The notes under the pieces were generated by a model. The model did not search any database. It saw only the letters and a program-made list of their open reading frames with translations, and had not been told where the DNA came from. A program made the position numbers and the translations under genes. A DNA stretch of 64,000 nt from Mobula hypostoma. Taxonomy: Eukaryota. The stretch spans positions 107,696,001 to 107,760,000 of the forward strand of contig NC_086107.1 in the NCBI RefSeq assembly GCF_963921235.1, read 5' to 3'. Positions 58,266 to 64,000 of this stretch are shown here, in pieces (within the stretch, counting starts at the first letter, position 1; every line of letters begins with the position of its first letter).

Positions 58266-59859
58266 AGTTATCAGTGATACAATGGAAGTACCCACCTACA
58301 GGGAATGGAGCTTTCCCCCTCAGAAATGAGGGCTGTATGGTATCAATTAGTTATCTATATCTATTGGAAATTATAGTAGTTTTTTATGTACTGCTGCCAC
58401 AAAACAACACATTTCATGACCTACGTCCGTGATTATAAACCTGTTTCTGATTATGAGACGACAGCGCAGGTCTGTTCATCCTTTAAATGGTGTGATTCTT
58501 CATCCTCGCTGTGAGGTGGTGACCAGAACTGTCTGCACCATTCCAAGTAAGTTGTGATGTAGGATTAGCAAAACTTCCCTAATTGTCAGTGGTGTCCATT
58601 TTAATATCAGCTTTCCTGCGTGGCTTGTTTTCTGCTCCAGGCCTTGCGAACTCATATTTTCCTGCACGCTGACTCTCAGAATAACCCCATTCCTCCATTT
58701 AGTTCCCTGTGACTCACACACACACGCCCATCAACTCCACTCCGACTCCCACACCCCACTTACCCGCCAGTTACAGAGGAGAACTAAATCACCGTCCTGT
58801 GTGTCTTTGGGACGTGGGAGGAGACCGGAACGGTTGGAGGAAACTTGCAGAAAGAGCAAGCGGATTCACCACTCGGAGCGCACAGGGTCAGGACAGTGCC
58901 AGGAGCCACTGGAGCTGTGAATCAGCACCGAACACAACTATGCTCCGTAAGACATAGAAGCAGAATTAGACCCTTTGGCCCATCGAGTCTATTCCAGCAT
59001 TCCACCAGGGCTGATTTACTATCACTCTCAACCCATCACCCTGCTTCCTTACATACATATTGAGAGGTGCCAGTAACATCATGGAGGATTCCACCCACCC
59101 TGTCCATGGACTGTTTGTCCCACTCCCTTCAGGGAGGAAACTACATAGCATCCATGCCAGAGCCTCCAGACTCAATGTGGGACTTTTGAGAAACTTTGAA
59201 CTTTACTGTGCTCACGGACTTCTTCATCAAGTTATGGTATTGTTACACTGTTTGTAACTATATGTTATAATTATGTGGTTTTGTCAGTTTTTTCAGTCTT
59301 GGTCTGTCCTGTGTTTTGTGATATCACACCGGAGGAAATAATGTATAATCTCTTAATGCATGCATTACTAAATGACAATAAAAGAGGACTACGTGTCTTC
59401 ATAATCATAATCACCGTTACTTTCCCCAAGCAGTAAGGCTGATCAACACCTCCACCCACTAACCCACCCCTCCACCACCACTACTTAATCATTTCCTGTC
59501 AGAGGCACCTTATGTACAGACACTCCTGTGCCTAGCATCACTTTATGGACTTAGAATCGATCTACGTATATAATTTATTTGATATTTATCGTCTTCTTAA
59601 ATTATTATTGTGTGCCTTATCTTATTGGGCTTTTTTTGTATTACATCAGATCTGGAGTTAGAATTATCTCATTCTCCTTAGCAATCTCAAACCTTGAATC
59701 TTCTCCCTGTGAGCTCTGTCACCCTTACTAATGGAAAACCTTTCAACCTCTGCTTTAAATATACCCAATGACTTGGCCTCCACAGCCATCTGTGGTAATG
59801 AATTCCACATCTGTTCTAAAGGAATGTCCTTCTGGTGCTTGCAGATGCGGTTAAGGATC

Positions 59860-62605
59860 TCGCGACCAGCCTGGGTTGTAGGGGTGCTGTACAGATGAGC
59901 GCTGCACCAGTTGCCCCCATCTCTCATAGTTGTGGACAAGCGCCTGGGCTGCAGCAAAGCTCTCTCCAGTTCACTCTGCAATGCTGTCTTCCCCCTTTCC
60001 TTTCCCCCTGCACCATTCCCTAAAGAAAGGTCTTCAAGAGTCAACTTGATCTTGTTACGTTGCCATACCATTTCAGTTTCCTCCTCTTTACTGTGGCCAG
60101 TAGATCTTCACAGTGTCTCATGTGCGGGTGATGGTTCTTGGTACTTTGTTATTTGAGGCATGGTCTGTATAGGAGATGCCGAGGAGCCTTCTGAAGCATC
60201 TCTTTTCTACTGCCTGGACATCACACACAAAAAGCTGGAGGAACTCAGCAGGCCAGGCAGCATCCATGGAAAAAAGTACAGTCAATGTTTTGGGCCGAAA
60301 CCCTTCAGCAGGACCTGCCGCCTGGATCTTCTTTTGCAGTTCTACTGTCAATGTCCATGATTCGCATGTATACAAGAAGATGGCGAGCACAGGTGCATGC
60401 AGAAGTTTCAACTTGGATCTGAGAGCGATGTTATTGTCTCTCCAGATTGGTTTTAGTTTAGCCAGCGTTGCTGCTGTTTGGGCGGCCCTTGCAAGGACTT
60501 CAGGCTTTGACCCTTCTTGGGGTTGATGGTGGCGCCAAGATATTTGAACCCTTTGACAGTCTTGAGTTCTTGTCCACTGACTGGTTTTTGTTGTGATTGG
60601 CTCCCCACTGTTTCTCATCAGCTTGGTTTTCTCTCCACTGACCTCCATGCCAAACCTGGTAGGTATATCATCCGGACGGTTCACAAAGCAGGCTAGTCCA
60701 TCCTCACTTCCTGCCAGTCCATCAGCGAACCTGAGGTTGGTTATGATCTGTCCTCTGATGCTGACTGTGCCGATATGGTCTTCCAGGGCATCTGTCATTA
60801 TTAGTTCCAGGGAAATGTTGAACAGCGTGAGTGAAAGAAGGCAGCATTGTCGGACTCCAAATGTGCCTGGAACAAGTACCGTTCTGCGAGCTTTGGTGTA
60901 GAGCTGCTTGACGGTTTGAATTAGCTTCTGGCCCAAGTTGTATCTCTTCATTGTGGCCCAGAGTGCGTTATGCCACACCCTATCAAATGCCTTCTTGAAG
61001 TCTATGAACACATGGGAAATGTCCTGTTGATGTTGGTTGTATTTCTCACACTCGGAGGTTGAATATCTATTCTGTTGTACTTCCTCCACTTCTGAATTCA
61101 GCCTGCACTTCGGCGATTATTTTTCCTGCCAGTGGTCTCAGTCTGTTCAAGATGACTTTCAACATCACTTTGCTTGCATGGCTGATAAGATTTATGGTTC
61201 TACAATTCTAGCACTGCTGTAAGTTGCCTTTCTTGGGGAGGGTGATGACGAGTGATTTTGTCCAGGACGTTGGCCATTCCCCAGTCTGCCGGATTTTGTT
61301 GCAGTTATTGGTGAGGATGTCTATCACTGTCACTCCATGTTTTATCAGCTCTGCGGAGATGTTGTCTATTCCTGTTGCTTTCCTATTCTTCAATGATCTT
61401 ATGGCTGCTTCTACGTCTTCCCGCAGAAATCGGAAAGTCGTCATAGCTTGATGAATCCTGGCTTGCGAGGTCGCTGGGGTCTCCTTTGGTCTGATGGTTG
61501 TAAAGGTCTGAACAATACTCAGTCTGTCTATTGAGAATGTCTTCATCTTCTGTGAGACAGTTTCCTTCTTTGTCTTGGATGGTGCTGACTCGTGACTGTC
61601 TCTGTTTAGTAAGGCTATTCTATCTTCTGTGTCTGTACACTGTCTCTCAATCCATTCTTCCTTGGCCTTGATCATGTTTTTCCTGATCTTCTTGCAGATC
61701 TCTCTGCACGCTATGGCTCCCGTTTATGTGTACTTGATTTGCTTCAGGTTTCCTCTAGTGTCACACTGTTCCAGGACCTCCTCTGTTACTCAAGGTTGGA
61801 TTTTCCAGCAGTGTTTTCCAAGTATCTCCTTGGCTGTTTCTGGCATCACTTCATTGAACTTAGCTGCCAATGTTTCAGCATCTTTGTCAAGTGTCAGCAG
61901 TGTTGCAAATTTTCCACCAACTGAAGGGTTTGGCAATGAAGGAGTCCTTCAGTCTGTCCAAGTTGAAATTCATTCTGATGTCCTTGGGCTTCCTGACTTT
62001 CTTCATCCTGATTCCAAAGTTCATTGTCGCCAGGTCGTGGTCACTTCCAATATCATCACCTGGGAACGTCCTTGATGTGACTCTCTTGATCCCAGACTGA
62101 AACCAGTTCTGCACCAATATGTAATCAATCTGGCTATGACATTTTCTATTGGCCACATGCCAGATCCAGCATCATGATGCCTTGTGTTCTCTAAGAGTGT
62201 TCACAAGCACCGCGTTGTTGAGGTTGGTGAACTCAAGTAGGCGTAATCCTCGCTCATTGGTTACAGCATTACAGGAGGGGCCGCAGAATTCCTTCTAGTC
62301 TTTCAGTGCGTCTGCACCCACCTTGGCATTCCCGTCCCCCTGGACGATTAGAATGTCCTTTTTGTCCACCTTGTCAATAATGGCCTGGAGCTGGTTGTAG
62401 AATTCCTCCATGTGGTCATTGTCATGGTCAGTAGTTGGTGTAGGCCTGTATTTCTGTGCTGTTGAAAGGCGCTGCTCTAAGGCGGGTGGAAATCAGCCCG
62501 CTGGATACTGGGCGGCACCCGAGTACAGAGTTCTTGATGCTCTTGTTGACCAGAAATCCTGCACCATTGGCACATTTGTCAAATTCTCCACTGTAGTACA
62601 GAACA
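59860..62605 (-). mobile_element. Degraded RTE-clade LINE (AP endonuclease + RT)
   Basis: Minus-strand ORF pieces QIDYIL..IGSDHDL (endonuclease), KATGIDNISAELIK, LPKKGNLQQC, FIDFKKAFDRV, GVRQ, LRFAD, FLYTCESWTL; frameshifts and stops. Confidence 0.92.
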
Positions 62606-63261
62606 TACAGCAGAATTTCAATAACATAACACAATAAAACATGAAAACTTCCTGGGTGGGGGGGGGGTGAATACTTTTTATAGGCACTGTATATAGAGAT
62701 AAAGGCTCTTCCAACCCAATTACACCCATGTGACTAATTAACCAGGTAACCGGTACGTCTTTGGAATGTGGGAGGAAACCAGAGCACTTAGAGGAAACCC
62801 ATACCGTCATGGGGAGAACGTACAGATTGAGGCAGAATTGCTGCCTCTGTAAAGGTTTATGCTAACCACTACACAACTTTGCCACCCTTATGAAGCTGGA
62901 AATCTAGAGAAAGCATGGCTCTGGGCTTCACCCTGCCTACTTGCACCTCCGCAGGCCCAGCAACCCTTAGACCTCCATATTCCTTCACCTCTGGTTTCCT
63001 GCTCACCTCCAGGTTACACTGTTGACCAAGCCTCCTTCACCAGGTACACAGACTCTGCTCTTCACCTTTCCACCCCCTCTCCTTTCAACGGCACGACTCA
63101 GAAGTGATCTCTTTGATCAAAGTGTCACCAGCCCTATCGCCCTTTTTATCTGGCCCTCTCCGACTTTAAGAAAGGCTCCACAAAAATTAGTTGAACTGAA
63201 GGAAAAAACCTGCAGATGCCGAAAACTTGAGACAAAATGGGACTGCCGGAAACACTGAGTG

Positions 63262-63548
63262 GAACGGTGGTGTAGCGGTTCGCACGTTGCTTTACAGCAC
63301 ATCGATCACCGACTGGGGTTCAATTCCCACCGCTGCCTGTAAGGAGTTTGTATGTTCTCCCTGTGGCCGTGTGGGTGCTTCAGTATCCCCCCACATTCTA
63401 AAGATGTATGGTTAGAGAGTTGTGGGCATGGTAGGTTGGCACTAGAAGTGTGGAGACACTTGCGGGCTGCCCAATATCATCCTCGCTGATTTGATTTGAT
63501 TTGATGCAGTTCACTGCATGTTTTGATGTACAAATAAAGCTAATCTAT
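63262..63548 (+). mobile_element. tRNA-derived V-domain SINE (elasmobranch HE1-like)
   Basis: A-box TGTAGCGGTT, B-box GGTTCAATTCC, core GGAGTTTGTATGTTCTCCC; copies at 21280-21545(+), 43640-43870(+), 50222-50510(+), 4630-4875(-), 9155-9400(-), 47890-48030(-), 62700-62885(-). Confidence 0.8.
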
Positions 63549-63721
63549 CTAATCTAAGCAACATCTGTGGAGGGGGGAGGAGGAAGAATTGTCAATGTTA
63601 AAACTCTTTTGGAAGCTTTGGGAATATTATTGCTCCCAGCTTCCTTAGTAAGTTGCAGTTAGTCCTGACTGGAAGTGCATTTGCTGCCTTATTGTCGCTA
63701 GGCCAAAACGGTCAGAAAGTG

Positions 63722-64000
63722 GATCAGAATGAGAATCAGGTTTAATATCACCACCATAATGTCATGAAGTTTGTTGTCTTTGTGGCAGCTGTACAATGCA
63801 ATACATAATAATAGAGAAAAGCTGTGAATTACAGTAAATATAGATATTTTAAATAGTAAAATGAAACAAGAAGTGCAAAAATAGAAATAAAAAAGTAGTG
63901 AGGTAGTGTTCATGGGTTCAATGCCCATTCAGAAATCAGATGGCAGAGGGGAAGAAGCTGTTCCTGAATCATTGAGTGTGTGCCTTCAGGCTCCTGTACC
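63722..64000 (-). mobile_element. Rex1/Babar-type LINE 3' end (runs off the window)
   Basis: Same sequence as the 23708 and 48165 copies. Confidence 0.8.

Noticed and set aside
63262..63335. tRNA-like A/B boxes (also at 45750 and 25930)
   Set aside because: They are SINE heads with no complete cloverleaf, so not tRNA genes.

Overview
Vertebrate genomic DNA. The repeat repertoire (V-domain tRNA SINEs, CR1, Rex/Babar-type, RTE, Penelope-like) points to a cartilaginous fish, probably a ray (inference). The + strand carries the last 16 coding exons of TNRC6B (GW182 family; Q-rich region, CIM-1, PAM2, RRM; stop at 26730). These are followed by a probable ~11 kb 3' UTR with no young transposons and many miRNA seed matches, including four miR-30 8-mers. 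Next is the complete 5-exon POLR2F gene (42303-54068, 127 aa) with a CpG-rich promoter (X-box-like motif, CRE, GC box, ETS). Introns and intergenic DNA are full of retroelement debris. The most interesting non-genic signal is a set of dispersed Penelope-like terminal repeats carrying minimal type I hammerhead-ribozyme motifs (best copy 55594-55631), in two sequence families, several arranged as fold-back hairpins. Other leads are a stop-disabled antisense ORF head-to-head with POLR2F and a frame-neutral TNRC6B exon with a ~158-nt AG-free zone and an RBFOX motif. All calls were made by eye with no database searches. Repeat boundaries are approximate.
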